A stretch of DNA of 64,000 bases from an uncultured Ruminococcus sp. (GTDB lineage Bacteria; Bacillota; Clostridia; Oscillospirales; Acutalibacteraceae). The notes under the pieces were generated by a model. The model did not search any database. It saw only the letters and a program-made list of their open reading frames with translations, and was not told the origin of the DNA. Both the position numbers and the translations under genes were made by a program. The stretch's first letter is position 1. Every line of letters begins with the position of its first letter. The stretch is from NCBI GenBank assembly GCA_902796225.1, contig CADBOO010000132.1:21188-85187 (forward strand). Direction: 5' to 3'. Below, one piece after another: positions 10,212 through 20,201 of this stretch.

Positions 10212-10687
10212 TTTTTTGCTGATTCGAAATCATCGTCTTCGTTCTCATCGTCGTCATTGGTAATGCCGAGCGCCTTGAGAACTTCGGTGACGACGTAGTT
10301 GAAATCCTCGCTCAGCGGGAACACCTTGTAGAGGATCTCGGAGATATCGTAGCAGTTATAGAAGTCCATGCAATCCTGCGATTTGATCTCAGGATCCACA
10401 AGAGCTTCTGCTACGACATGACGCAGAGCCGCGCCGGAATCTCTGTCCCGACGGACGACCAGCTCGCCGCCGTCGACCAGAGGCTTCTTCTTTCTGCCGG
10501 TGCCGTCGAACGCGGTTGCTTTCTTTGTGTAGCTGTCGTAGATTCGGTCGATCTCCTCCTGCGTGAGGATGCGGACTTTCATCTTGATCCGCTTGCCTTC
10601 ATCATCTACGAAAGATTCGGGAGCCTCAATCTCAACGATCTTGGGCTCGTGCTTCTTCAGAAAATAGTCTAAAGTCTTTTTGCTCAT
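10208..10687 (-). CDS. Tail assembly chaperone (XkdN-like)
   Basis: Between tube and tape measure; ends ESAKN* on a slippery site. Confidence 0.85.
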   Translation of the reverse strand: MSKKTLDYFLKKHEPKIVEIEAPESFVDDEGKRIKMKVRILTQEEIDRIYDSYTKKATAFDGTGRKKKPLVDGGELVVRRDRDSGAALRHVVAEALVDPEIKSQDCMDFYNCYDISEILYKVFPLSEDFNYVVTEVLKALGITNDDDENEDDDFESAKN

Positions 10688-10712
10688 AGTAATTCTCCTT
10701 GAAATATGATTT

Positions 10713-10736
10713 AAGCCCCCGCCGAAGCAGGGGCTT
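10713..10736 (-). terminator. Hairpin after tail tube gene
   Basis: AAGCCCC...GGGGCTT inverted repeat in the intergenic gap; weak U-tract. Confidence 0.45.
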
Positions 10737-10744
10737 ACGATAGA

Positions 10745-11188
10745 TTATTTGAACTTGACGTCCTTCGCGTTGCCGCTGATAACGTCGTCCAAGAACTCGC
10801 CTTCTGTGTCGAGTTCGATGGCGGTGAGCTCTCCGGTAGGAACGCAACCGACAACGGTCACAGACTCCTTGCCATAAGCCTCCTGATAGTCAGAATCCTT
10901 ATCGTCGATCACGCCGGACAGCGTAAACTCAGGTGTGATGCCTGTGTTGAGATAATCGCGAATCATCTCTTTAATCCACGGCGTGGATCTGCGACGTGTA
11001 ATCTCAAACTTGATCTCAACACGTCCATTCCAACGAGTATTAGGTGTTCTCTCTCCGAGAACATTGCTCGTTGATACGCCGGGAGTGATCTTCACGCTGA
11101 ACTTAACCGCGTCATAAACGCGCTTGCCTTTGTAGAAACAAAAGCCGTTTTTAACGATAATAGGCTTTTTGTTGTATTTTTCACTCAT
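10745..11188 (-). CDS. Tail tube protein (XkdM-like)
   Basis: 147 aa, follows the sheath gene; YGKESVTVVGC motif. Confidence 0.85.
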   Translation of the reverse strand: MSEKYNKKPIIVKNGFCFYKGKRVYDAVKFSVKITPGVSTSNVLGERTPNTRWNGRVEIKFEITRRRSTPWIKEMIRDYLNTGITPEFTLSGVIDDKDSDYQEAYGKESVTVVGCVPTGELTAIELDTEGEFLDDVISGNAKDVKFK

Positions 11189-11204
11189 TCATATCACTCC
11201 TTCC

Positions 11205-12548
11205 TTAACTGGTTGAAACGGTGACATAAATCTTCTCTGCGGAATCGATGGGCTTGATACGCACATCCAGATAGGTGTGCTCGCCCTCAGACAACTGTCT
11301 GTCAACCGCAAAGTCACCTTCCTCAACCTCTTTGATCGCGCCGAGATCGGCGTAATAGGTAAGGATTGCCTGTCCATGCTCTTCCATGATATCCCAGTCG
11401 GCGTCGACATTGGAATACTTGTTGGGCTGGAACTCTGCTTTGAGAGACTTGACGACCTCGCTGATCGTGCGAACCACGCGATTCTTCTTGTAGGAGCTGT
11501 CCTGATTGTTGCCGACGTTCACAAGAGAGTTGATATCGGTTTCAACCACAACGGCGCCCTCGTTATACGAGAAGAAAAACTCGCCGGCGGCGATCGCTGC
11601 TTTTGCTGCTTCGTTGCTCTTAACGCCGACAATCTCAACTGCATCGTCATACGGACGATAAGTAAGGCTGTCAGTGCAAGCTGCTGCAGCTTCGGCGCCA
11701 GCTACCCACGCTGCAGCCTGCGGGACGGTTAAGGTGATACCGTCAGCAGTCTTGACCGTATTTGTGACGTTGATAACGCCGTGATAGTCAGCCGCCTTGT
11801 TCGCGACGACACCCTGAATGTTCTTGCCGAGATTATCGTTAAGGAACTTCACCTTTGCAACAAAGGCTGTCTGCAAAGAGGAGTCGGTGCTCGGAAACAG
11901 AACGACGTCAAATCCGGCTTGCTCGGTTGAATCGAGGAAGTTCATGACATCCTCTGCCGCAGCTGAATCTGCTGTAGCGCCCGCGAGATTCACGCCGGCA
12001 GTAATAGCGAGCGTAGAATCCGCAGCGGTTTTCGTAAAATCAATCCACGGATCCTCAACAGCTACAGCCTCAGCAATGTTTGCCAGACCGGTATGCTTCG
12101 ACATAACTGTTCCATCAAGGGAAACGGTAATATCGAACTTTGTGTCGTCGAGGGTATTTGCGGAAACAGTAAACGATAGTTTGTTTCCGCGGATACCGCC
12201 GTATTTCGCGGTACCGGTCAGACCGCCGCCGGATCCTGTCGCCTTGGTGCCGGTCTTGATGATGTAAACCAGTACCTTAGCGGCATTCTTGAGCGCTTCT
12301 CTCACGAGAAGCATATTCGCGTTGGATGTGTCGTACACAGAATAGCCGAGAACGTCAAAATTTACATCTGGGGAATTCGCAGAGATCTCGATCAGTCTTC
12401 CGGTCAGGCCATAGTCATGGGTGACGAAAGGAATGAGAACGGTGCCTCTACCGCCGGTGTAGATCGTATTGTTTCTGGTACTCTGCACGTTCACATATAC
12501 ACCGGGACGGACTTCTTTGGCGTTACGGGTAAAAGTACCACCAGCCAT
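11205..12548 (-). CDS. Tail sheath protein (XkdK-like)
   Basis: MAGGTF, RPGVYVN, AKYGGIRGN, KKNRVVR, DSAEKIY motifs. Confidence 0.95.
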   Translation of the reverse strand: MAGGTFTRNAKEVRPGVYVNVQSTRNNTIYTGGRGTVLIPFVTHDYGLTGRLIEISANSPDVNFDVLGYSVYDTSNANMLLVREALKNAAKVLVYIIKTGTKATGSGGGLTGTAKYGGIRGNKLSFTVSANTLDDTKFDITVSLDGTVMSKHTGLANIAEAVAVEDPWIDFTKTAADSTLAITAGVNLAGATADSAAAEDVMNFLDSTEQAGFDVVLFPSTDSSLQTAFVAKVKFLNDNLGKNIQGVVANKAADYHGVINVTNTVKTADGITLTVPQAAAWVAGAEAAAACTDSLTYRPYDDAVEIVGVKSNEAAKAAIAAGEFFFSYNEGAVVVETDINSLVNVGNNQDSSYKKNRVVRTISEVVKSLKAEFQPNKYSNVDADWDIMEEHGQAILTYYADLGAIKEVEEGDFAVDRQLSEGEHTYLDVRIKPIDSAEKIYVTVSTS

Positions 12549-12549
12549 A

Positions 12550-12753
12550 TTACATTACCTCCTTCTTCAACCAGGTGTCGATAATACCTCGGACTTCTTC
12601 AATGGTATACTTTCCATGAAGACCGTCTGTCGCGCCGTCAAAAGCCGCTGAGGTAACACCAAACAGCTGATAGGAATTCTCTCTCAGCTCCGACAGAGCG
12701 AATTTAGGGCGCTCAGAAGGCGCCACATTTGCCTTTTTCGGCATATTAATCAC
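12550..12753 (-). CDS. Small phage protein (YqzN/YkzM-like)
   Basis: QLFGV...YTIEEVRGIIDTWLKKEV; typical slot upstream of the sheath gene. Confidence 0.65.
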   Translation of the reverse strand: MINMPKKANVAPSERPKFALSELRENSYQLFGVTSAAFDGATDGLHGKYTIEEVRGIIDTWLKKEVM

Positions 12754-12757
12754 CTCG

Positions 12758-13237
12758 TTATGATATTATTTCGACAGAAATATGATTCTGTCTGTTTATT
12801 TGTTGTTCATCATCCGGGATATCGTCAAACAGTCTGACTGAATCCCATTCGAGATTGAAACCATACACGCCGGTATCAATCTTCTCCACTTCGGATTGCT
12901 TTACTCTGAATCCGCTTCCACTCTCAGTTCCGTCCGCGTTGATCAGCGGGATGTGATTACGTCCGGCGATCAGCGCCGTCGCAGCCGCCAGCGCATAGTC
13001 ATATGCACTCTGATTATTTGCGGCGAAGAACCGAACAGGCATCCTGTAATGGATAACATAGGTTGACAAAGTGCTGTGTTCACTCTTCAGCTCAGGAGTA
13101 GGAAAGTAAGCGGAAGGATACGCGAAAGTCTTAGGAAGAACGTCGGTATAGTATTTCTGCAATCCTACTTTATCGAGGATAAAGCGGATAATACTACCGC
13201 GTTCAGGTTCCAGTATTACATCCGGCATTTCTCTCAC
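12758..13237 (-). CDS. Tail terminator/completion protein (XkdJ-like)
   Basis: Synteny; PKTFAYPSAYFP motif. Confidence 0.65.
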   Translation of the reverse strand: MREMPDVILEPERGSIIRFILDKVGLQKYYTDVLPKTFAYPSAYFPTPELKSEHSTLSTYVIHYRMPVRFFAANNQSAYDYALAAATALIAGRNHIPLINADGTESGSGFRVKQSEVEKIDTGVYGFNLEWDSVRLFDDIPDDEQQINRQNHISVEIIS

Positions 13238-13240
13238 TCC

Positions 13241-13750
13241 TTAAATTTCAAAATACTCATTGAGCCATTTTTCGAGTTTTGCTTCAAGCAGCCCCGGCAA
13301 CATCTTTTCGATGATGTGGCAAGCTGCATCGAAGTACAGTGATCCATCTACCCATTTAGCCTTGAGGACCATGCCGCCTTTTGCATTCCGATCATAGATA
13401 AAGTGTGTTCCTTCCCAATACCCGGGAATGAATCGCCCGGGGTTTTGGAAATGTCCATCATTGACCCACTTGGCATAATCCACAGTAGAGCCAACTTCCA
13501 GCGTGAGATCGCCCTCGTTCAGCTCCCAATGGTTACCATCACCGCCCTGATAAAAGGAAGCGAGGAGCTGCCTTGTGTCGACAGATCCCCGCTTGATTAT
13601 TTCATCTTGTACGATTCTCAGAAATTCGGTGCCGACGGATTTCAGCCACAAAGCAAAAGCCTTTTTGATCTCACCGCTACGTCCGAGCTGTTGCATTTTT
13701 TGAAAGAAGTCTCGTGCATCCGAGACATCAACCTCGATGTTCCTGCTCAT
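13241..13750 (-). CDS. HK97 gp10-family neck protein
   Basis: VDTRQL, EVGSTVDYAKWVNDGH motifs. Confidence 0.85.
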   Translation of the reverse strand: MSRNIEVDVSDARDFFQKMQQLGRSGEIKKAFALWLKSVGTEFLRIVQDEIIKRGSVDTRQLLASFYQGGDGNHWELNEGDLTLEVGSTVDYAKWVNDGHFQNPGRFIPGYWEGTHFIYDRNAKGGMVLKAKWVDGSLYFDAACHIIEKMLPGLLEAKLEKWLNEYFEI

Positions 13751-14124
13751 AGCGGGGTCTGCACTCCTTTACGTTCAACATAAGCATAGACGTGTCCGCC
13801 GCCCATCTTATTCCGAACGGGACGAGGCGGGGAAATAACGGTGTATTCCAGCCCTTCGTCATTCCAGATCACCTTATCGAGCAAGCGCAGATCTGTCCCA
13901 AGCGGCAAATTCAGTTTTGTGCGAATGAGAAGCTCATCCTTGGGCTCGTTCTGATTCAAGGTAGTAGACGTCGAATTGAAGTGGCAAGCCACATTCAAGA
14001 TGTCCGGCTCATCGGGATAGTCAAAGGACGGCTCTCCGGTCAATCCAAAGCCCAGGTCTTTATCCTCGCCACGCGCGATGTGGTAGATATCACAGGTATG
14101 GTCGAGAAAATCAGAAAAACTCAT
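13747..14124 (-). CDS. Head closure protein (YqbH/XkdH-like)
   Basis: LDHTCDIYH and GTDLRLLDKV motifs; synteny. Confidence 0.8.
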   Translation of the reverse strand: MSFSDFLDHTCDIYHIARGEDKDLGFGLTGEPSFDYPDEPDILNVACHFNSTSTTLNQNEPKDELLIRTKLNLPLGTDLRLLDKVIWNDEGLEYTVISPPRPVRNKMGGGHVYAYVERKGVQTPL

Positions 14125-14128
14125 AGTA

Positions 14129-14596
14129 TCACAACCTTCTCATTCGCAGCAAAACGCCACCTTTTGCTTGGCTTATCACATATTCGTCCAACAGTGAACC
14201 GAGCCCCAGACCTGATATTGATACAGTGGTAGCATCGCCTGCTGTATAAGAATAATCATCCATAGACTCGGACTTATAGTTGGAATATGCAACGGTGGAA
14301 ACATAATCGTTATGCGCGATCGCCTCAGCAAGCAGAATGGTAGCCACGCGAACGTTTTCGGGTAATTCGGGATACTTCTCTGTATCAGAAAAATCGTGAT
14401 GACAATACTTTATTATCATCGCTCTTGCTCTTGTGATATCAACAGCAATCTTCGCGTCGGATCGTTCCGGGATAATAGTTACGGTAGTATCGTTTCCGCT
14501 ACTGTCTTTTTTTGTTCCTTTTTTCCCTATGATCGCAACATCAGAAGAATACGACTTGACATCGCCAGGGGTGATCCACGGTATTGTGACAGCCAT
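14129..14596 (-). CDS. Head-tail connector (DUF3199/YqbG-like)
   Basis: WITPGDVKSYS, YCHHDF, KSESMDDYSYT motifs. Confidence 0.8.
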   Translation of the reverse strand: MAVTIPWITPGDVKSYSSDVAIIGKKGTKKDSSGNDTTVTIIPERSDAKIAVDITRARAMIIKYCHHDFSDTEKYPELPENVRVATILLAEAIAHNDYVSTVAYSNYKSESMDDYSYTAGDATTVSISGLGLGSLLDEYVISQAKGGVLLRMRRL

Positions 14597-14610
14597 TCAA
14601 ATCGCCCCTG

Positions 14611-15003
14611 TTAGTTTGCAGGGCGACGAACGACCTCAAGGAATACCCTTGCGGATCCCGCCGTAGCAGCAGTACCAGTCTGCGTGTACTTCGCTTTAAC
14701 AGTTTTCTCGGCGTCGCAATCAATAAAGACCTGCTTACTGTACGCAGCAGCAGTTTCCTCAGTGACATCATCGGCGCCCAGAATATTGTTGACATCGTCG
14801 TTGAATCCGATAGTCAGCACATTGGTGGTCCCGCCGTTAAATCCTGTATCAACAACCGCGATCGCCCTGGTGATGATCGTGTTAGCGGGGACCTTGCCGA
14901 GAGCAACGCCCGTTGCGACACCGGTATCATCGAAGTTTACGGGACCGAGCTCCATCATCTGAACGGAGCCGCAATCTTCCAAGTCATGGGGTACCATCTT
15001 CAT
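14611..15003 (-). CDS. Probable capsid decoration protein
   Basis: Beta-rich 130 aa (VPANTIIT, FNGGTTNVLTIG, ATAG) in the head module. Confidence 0.55.
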   Translation of the reverse strand: MKMVPHDLEDCGSVQMMELGPVNFDDTGVATGVALGKVPANTIITRAIAVVDTGFNGGTTNVLTIGFNDDVNNILGADDVTEETAAAYSKQVFIDCDAEKTVKAKYTQTGTAATAGSARVFLEVVRRPAN

Positions 15004-15015
15004 TGTCTTTCCTCC

Positions 15016-15426
15016 TTACTCTGTAAAAATATCGGGAACGCCACCGTTGAGGGCGTTCAGAATAGCCTCTTTGATCTCAGCCTTAGTGCCGAGACCATCG
15101 ATATTGATTTCGTTTTCCTCGGCATAAGCGATAAGCTCTTCCTTCTTCATCTTGTCGAGCTCGACTGTTTTGGGAGCACCGGCATGATTCTTGCCTTCTC
15201 CATTCTCGGAGTTATCATTGTCGTCGGGAGCATCAAAGTCGATGTCAACATCATCGTCAACATTAGCGGACTCAGGGATTTCCTCAAAGTACCCTGTCGA
15301 TACAAGGTACTCTGCAGCCGAACTCTCGACGTCGATGGTATTGTTATCCTGAGAAGCGTTAATCAGTACGCCGTCGTATCTCGTAGTATAAGAGCGGATG
15401 CCCTTACGCAATTTTACTTTTGCCAT
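15016..15426 (-). CDS. YqbF-like head-associated protein with C-terminal HeH-like motif
   Basis: AEYLVSTGYFEE, LDKMKKEELIAYAEENEI...TKAEIKEAI; follows the capsid gene. Confidence 0.6.
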   Translation of the reverse strand: MAKVKLRKGIRSYTTRYDGVLINASQDNNTIDVESSAAEYLVSTGYFEEIPESANVDDDVDIDFDAPDDNDNSENGEGKNHAGAPKTVELDKMKKEELIAYAEENEINIDGLGTKAEIKEAILNALNGGVPDIFTE

Positions 15427-15440
15427 ACGATCACCTCTTA

Positions 15441-16379
15441 TCAGATAGCGAGACCGGTGACGATACCCGTGGCATCGATTTCCTCGATTACGCAGTCAAA
15501 ATCAAGGATGATGACATAGTAGCGTTTCTCCTTATACATAGCATGAACGCTCTGGTCATCCTTGCGGATACGCATGTTGAGTGTACGAATGTCGACGAGG
15601 TTCTGCGGATCAGCCAGAAGGATAGTCCCGTCAGGCATATTCGGAACTTCGATGGTCGGGATCTTGAAAGGCGAATCATAGAAGCTATCCGGTACGATGC
15701 CGCCGCTGTTGACAGCCTTACCGAGCAGATATTCGTTCCAGTCAAGCAGACGAGTAGGAGACATCAGCCAGCGGAGTCCCGCAGTACGGTGCTTAGAAGG
15801 AAGCGATTTGAGAAGAGCGCTGAAAACGGTATAGTCGATATGACCGCCATAAGATGTGCTCTGCCCTGCATCCAGCAGATGACCGCCGGTTGTGATCTTC
15901 TTGATGAAGCCATCGTTGATCTTGAGGAATTCATAATCGGGATTGGAAGCAGAAACAGCTTCATCGCCGTTGATCTCAGAATCCTCAACATCGCAGGCAA
16001 CCTGATTCGTCATCAGACTCATGAGCTTCTGGCCGATCTTCTCGCCTTCCTTGTTCTCCTCAAAGAACTGCTCGGTGCATTCCCACGGAGCACGGACTCT
16101 GTGGGTCTGATAGTTAATACCGCCGAAGTTGACGCCGACACGGTAACCGTCATCGACACCCTCAGTGGTTTCGCGAATGATCCTCTTGTTGACTCCGATT
16201 CTGTCGATCTCGCCGCTCTTCTCAACATGGATCTCATGACGCATAGCCTGTGCGAGAGGAGTTGCCTCAAAGGTCTGCATATGAAATGCTTCTGCTTGCC
16301 ACGGACGCAGTCTGCCGTGAGAGATGGAACCGGAGTTGATATCTTTTTCAGTTACAATCTGAAAATTACTTCTTGACAT
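15441..16379 (-). CDS. Major capsid protein (XkdG-like)
   Basis: GRLRPWQA, INGD, FLKINDGFIK motifs; follows the protease gene. Confidence 0.9.
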   Translation of the reverse strand: MSRSNFQIVTEKDINSGSISHGRLRPWQAEAFHMQTFEATPLAQAMRHEIHVEKSGEIDRIGVNKRIIRETTEGVDDGYRVGVNFGGINYQTHRVRAPWECTEQFFEENKEGEKIGQKLMSLMTNQVACDVEDSEINGDEAVSASNPDYEFLKINDGFIKKITTGGHLLDAGQSTSYGGHIDYTVFSALLKSLPSKHRTAGLRWLMSPTRLLDWNEYLLGKAVNSGGIVPDSFYDSPFKIPTIEVPNMPDGTILLADPQNLVDIRTLNMRIRKDDQSVHAMYKEKRYYVIILDFDCVIEEIDATGIVTGLAI

Positions 16380-16393
16380 GCTCTTTACCTCCT

Positions 16394-17584
16394 TTAAATA
16401 AATTCTTCAAACCAGTGTTTGCCATCGCCCTTCTGGACGTCTTCGGGCTGAGTAGACAGCCCGTTAGCGGTCAGAATAGGCTGAATCGCCTTCGAAACCG
16501 CTTCGCCGATCTGTGCGCCGATCTCATTGTTGTTCTCAGCGACCGCTGTCTTCACGATGTCCTTTACGGCATCTTCGGTCAGCGCCGGCGGCGCCGCCGG
16601 CGCGGGATCAGGGGTGGGATCGGGCTCAGGATTAGCATCCGGATTCATAGCTTTCTTGATGGCTTCTGTAACCGAATCGGTAATCTGTTGTACCTGTTCA
16701 TTTGTCATGTTATCGTCCTCACTTTCATTGTTTTTTTGATTTTGTCTGCTGTTTTGGGAGTCCGCTTTCAAGAGCTTGTCAGCGGGAATGGATTGCAACG
16801 ATTTAACGACGTTGTCTTCGAGAAGCAATGCTTCAATGCAACTTTTGAACTCTTCAAGGGCTTCACGAAGCTTTGTTTCGTCTGTCTCAAACTTTGGACC
16901 ATTACAGTCATACGTAGTCCCTCTGGTCAATTCATCACGAAGGATATTGAATGCCAAGAAAAAGTTGCTTACTTTCTGTTCCTGCTTCATCCGATCGGCG
17001 AATGCACCCTTTTTAACCACGTCATAGCCGAGGAAGTTTGCAAACTTCATGAAAAGGGATTTCTGTGCCGTTTCAGATTCATTGATGTCAACATCTTCGT
17101 CACCGAGGATCGCTGTTCCTGCAAGCGAGAAACCTGTGATTTCTCCTTTCAGAACCGCGTCCCAGATCTCTGAGTCTTCGACCTCTACAACCATCACCCA
17201 TGTTCCCTTCGTTACGGTTTCCTCTCCGATAGTCATATCGGCAGGAGCAATGTAACTTTCTACAACTCTAACCTTTTCAAGCGGTTCAAAATCGTGCTGA
17301 CGATCCACGTTGTTGCCGTATTTAGCAAACCAATGCGCCGCCTTTGCGATTTCTTCCTCGGTCATAAAGTTGTCATGAGCGTCCTTCTTCATCGGCTCAT
17401 AAACGATTCCGGTTAAATAGTGCTTATCATCATCGCGCTTGATGATCCTGTGTTCCGTCGGAATAGATTTCTCAACGCCATTCTCACCCTTTGCGATGAG
17501 GAATTGCCTTTTGTTTGCGGGTCTATCGACCAAACTGACAAAAGACACCTTGACCTCCGTCATCTCAATAGACTTTTTAAGCAT
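16394..17584 (-). CDS. Prohead protease/scaffold (XkdF-like)
   Basis: VSLVDRPAN, GIVYEP, DRQH, GTWV, KGEITGFSLAG motifs. Confidence 0.9.
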   Translation of the reverse strand: MLKKSIEMTEVKVSFVSLVDRPANKRQFLIAKGENGVEKSIPTEHRIIKRDDDKHYLTGIVYEPMKKDAHDNFMTEEEIAKAAHWFAKYGNNVDRQHDFEPLEKVRVVESYIAPADMTIGEETVTKGTWVMVVEVEDSEIWDAVLKGEITGFSLAGTAILGDEDVDINESETAQKSLFMKFANFLGYDVVKKGAFADRMKQEQKVSNFFLAFNILRDELTRGTTYDCNGPKFETDETKLREALEEFKSCIEALLLEDNVVKSLQSIPADKLLKADSQNSRQNQKNNESEDDNMTNEQVQQITDSVTEAIKKAMNPDANPEPDPTPDPAPAAPPALTEDAVKDIVKTAVAENNNEIGAQIGEAVSKAIQPILTANGLSTQPEDVQKGDGKHWFEEFI

Positions 17585-17621
17585 TTCCTTTACACCTCCT
17601 TTCGCAGCAGAAGTAGGTATT

Positions 17622-17651
17622 AAAAAAGCGCCACCCTTGCGGATGACGCTT
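17622..17651 (-). terminator. Intrinsic terminator
   Basis: Minus strand AAGCGTCATCC-GCAA-GGGTGGCGCTT then a T-run. Confidence 0.7.
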
Positions 17652-17653
17652 AA

Positions 17654-18631
17654 TTAATCAGTGTTTTCTTTGTGCTCAGCTTGATATTTTGCCCTCATTT
17701 CAGCCTCCCAATCATCGTCGAGTTCTGCAAGGGCTTCTTCCTGCATTCTCTGACGCTCTTCGAGCGGGAGCCCGATGATATCAGGATCGATACCATCCTG
17801 CACAATACAATGGCAGTTTGCGGTTTCACCTACAGGAAGGGAAGGATCACGCGGATATTGCGCCATATACGCTAAGCCATCTGCGCCTGTAAGCATAAAC
17901 ATTTCGGTCTTCTTGACTTTCTGTCCATTCATCGCTACATGATTAGGGCGCGGTGTGTTGTTCTGATTACCGGTATGCCGCCATATCTTCTCGATCACAC
18001 AAGGATTCTGCATCATGGCGTCGTTATGGGCTATGGAATGCGCCCTCAGCGTTTCTGTTACCGCTACTGTTCTGGCGCGGTACCGCTCGTTGCGGATACC
18101 CTTATCCTGCAGAGCCCGGACAAATTCATCGATACCCTTTCCGCTCTTTAGGTGTTCTTCGAGCAGGGCAGCGATTTTCTTTGAGGATGATTCCTCCATG
18201 AATTCGGCAACCTGTTCGCTCCACAACTTCACCCATGCAGTCGTGCGCTTCATCGAGGATATGAAAGACAAGTCTTTATCAGCTTGCTTGATATAAGCAT
18301 CCGTCAGCTCTGGAAGGACGTCATCATAGTGATCTTCAATCAATTCGGCAATTTCTTCTCTCAACGAATTCTTCGAAAGCAACTGATCAACATCGATATC
18401 ATCAAGACCTTTTGCTTTTCCTACGTCATTGATAATTCCATCTGCCTCTTTTTCCAATGCGTCATTCAAGAGATCCTCGAACTCTGAAAGCCGCTTTACG
18501 CTGAATTTCGTTTTGAGAAATCCCGCTTTTTTTAGCTTATCCGACAGATCGCCCTTAGCTTTTTCTATGTAACGGTCTATTGTGTCAAGCAAATCGTTGC
18601 AAGCGCAAAGAACGGTTGCTTTATCCCTCAT
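17654..18631 (-). CDS. Minor head protein (Mu gpF/SPP1 gp7-like)
   Basis: RARTVAVTE, KIWRH, RPNH, YPRDP, ANCHC motifs. Confidence 0.9.
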   Translation of the reverse strand: MRDKATVLCACNDLLDTIDRYIEKAKGDLSDKLKKAGFLKTKFSVKRLSEFEDLLNDALEKEADGIINDVGKAKGLDDIDVDQLLSKNSLREEIAELIEDHYDDVLPELTDAYIKQADKDLSFISSMKRTTAWVKLWSEQVAEFMEESSSKKIAALLEEHLKSGKGIDEFVRALQDKGIRNERYRARTVAVTETLRAHSIAHNDAMMQNPCVIEKIWRHTGNQNNTPRPNHVAMNGQKVKKTEMFMLTGADGLAYMAQYPRDPSLPVGETANCHCIVQDGIDPDIIGLPLEERQRMQEEALAELDDDWEAEMRAKYQAEHKENTD

Positions 18632-20201
18632 TCTCCATCACCTTTTCCGCGAGAGCTGCAACAGCTTTTCTTACGTCTTTTAAGAATACAACAATATCAT
18701 CGTCGTGCTTGTCAGCAGCTTTTTCAATCGTTTTAGTGAGATTGGCATCGAAATTCGCATCAAACGCTTCTTGACTGTTGATTTGGAGAATAGCAAGAGG
18801 AGTATTGCCATACTCATCCGGGAAGTTCTCATAGTTTTCGCCGATCAGTTTATAGTACATAGCCTTGCCCATATTTGGAGTGGTACCACCGGCGTTCGTA
18901 GCGGCAGTAAACGCTGCTATGATATCATCGGGATTAGAGGTATCGGGACCGCTGAATTTCACCTGTGTGTATTTTAAACCGAGGTCATTCAGCAACCGAT
19001 CGTTGACGATATAAGATAACGCTTCACGCTTAGGTATGAATACCTGTTGTTCAGTAATCTCTTGCGCAACCTGAGCTGTAGCACGATTAAAGTCAGTGGT
19101 ATAGCCGACATAAATATCCGGGAGATTAAAAGCAGATTGCACGCTTTTTCTGTTATTCTCCTGGTAGTCTTGGAAGAGCTCATCCTTTTGCAAGACAGCA
19201 CCCATATCCTTAATCTGGACAGCAGGCGGTGCTTCTTTTTCATCTCCGAAAGCAGACTGTACTTCTTTCTCTTTGGTTTCGAATTCGAGTAAGATAAACC
19301 CGTGTTCACCTTTCTCCCCTTCGATATCCCTCATATACTCCTTCAGCTTTTCATAACAGTCATCTGTTAGCGTGCCGTTTTGAACAGAAATCAAAAGCGG
19401 AGTATGGCGCCCGCGTCTGAAATAGTTGTTATTCAGAGATTCGGCGCGCCTGCTGCCATCAATCCCAAGTACCTGACCAATCCAGCGCGGCTCTCCATAG
19501 GGCAGATCGCCGAGCCGATATTCGATAATCTCATTAGCTCTTTTTTGGAGTTTGATCTTTTTTCCAGTGGAGTATTCGCCGGTGTCCTTGTCTAAAAAGC
19601 GAGGATCACCAAATTCCTTATAGTAGACAGGAGCTGAATCACTTTGTTGACGGTATTTGATGAAACGCTTTTGCCTGGTAATTCTATCACCGTAGATCGT
19701 GTTGTAATTGAAAGGTACCAATTGAGCTTTCGATCGATAGGTCTTAGATATTGAAGGGACATCACGGATATTAAGAACCTCTACAATCTCTCCGGACAAA
19801 TTGCGGACGACTTCAAGATATCCAATACCATAGCTTTCAATTGATTTGACAAATTCCTCAAACACTTTCTTGATGGGAGCATCATAACTAAGACAGTTGA
19901 TAAATTTGGTAACCTTTGTAAACTCAGCGGCGGCGGCAGAAGATTCACTGGAATCTTTATACTCATCCTTGTATGTGACTTCCATGCCAAAGCCTGCAAT
20001 ATTTGAGGCGTATGCCTGGATACATTGTGGCAATATCCTTGATTCCGAAACCATCCTGCGGTAACCTCTCAGCAAAGCGGTATCCGGTTCATTCCATTCA
20101 CCCGTCGTGGATGTCTCCTGCTGTGTTGATGATACCGCCTTACTTACAGAATTAGAGCCAATAAACTTCACTTGAAGTTGGCGTCGGGTATTTTTACTCA
20201 C
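18621..20201 (-). CDS. Portal protein (PBSX XkdE-like)
   Basis: GIGYLEVVRN, YKEFGDPR, YGEPRW, DFNRATA motifs. Confidence 0.92.
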   Translation of the reverse strand: MSKNTRRQLQVKFIGSNSVSKAVSSTQQETSTTGEWNEPDTALLRGYRRMVSESRILPQCIQAYASNIAGFGMEVTYKDEYKDSSESSAAAAEFTKVTKFINCLSYDAPIKKVFEEFVKSIESYGIGYLEVVRNLSGEIVEVLNIRDVPSISKTYRSKAQLVPFNYNTIYGDRITRQKRFIKYRQQSDSAPVYYKEFGDPRFLDKDTGEYSTGKKIKLQKRANEIIEYRLGDLPYGEPRWIGQVLGIDGSRRAESLNNNYFRRGRHTPLLISVQNGTLTDDCYEKLKEYMRDIEGEKGEHGFILLEFETKEKEVQSAFGDEKEAPPAVQIKDMGAVLQKDELFQDYQENNRKSVQSAFNLPDIYVGYTTDFNRATAQVAQEITEQQVFIPKREALSYIVNDRLLNDLGLKYTQVKFSGPDTSNPDDIIAAFTAATNAGGTTPNMGKAMYYKLIGENYENFPDEYGNTPLAILQINSQEAFDANFDANLTKTIEKAADKHDDDIVVFLKDVRKAVAALAEKVMENEG

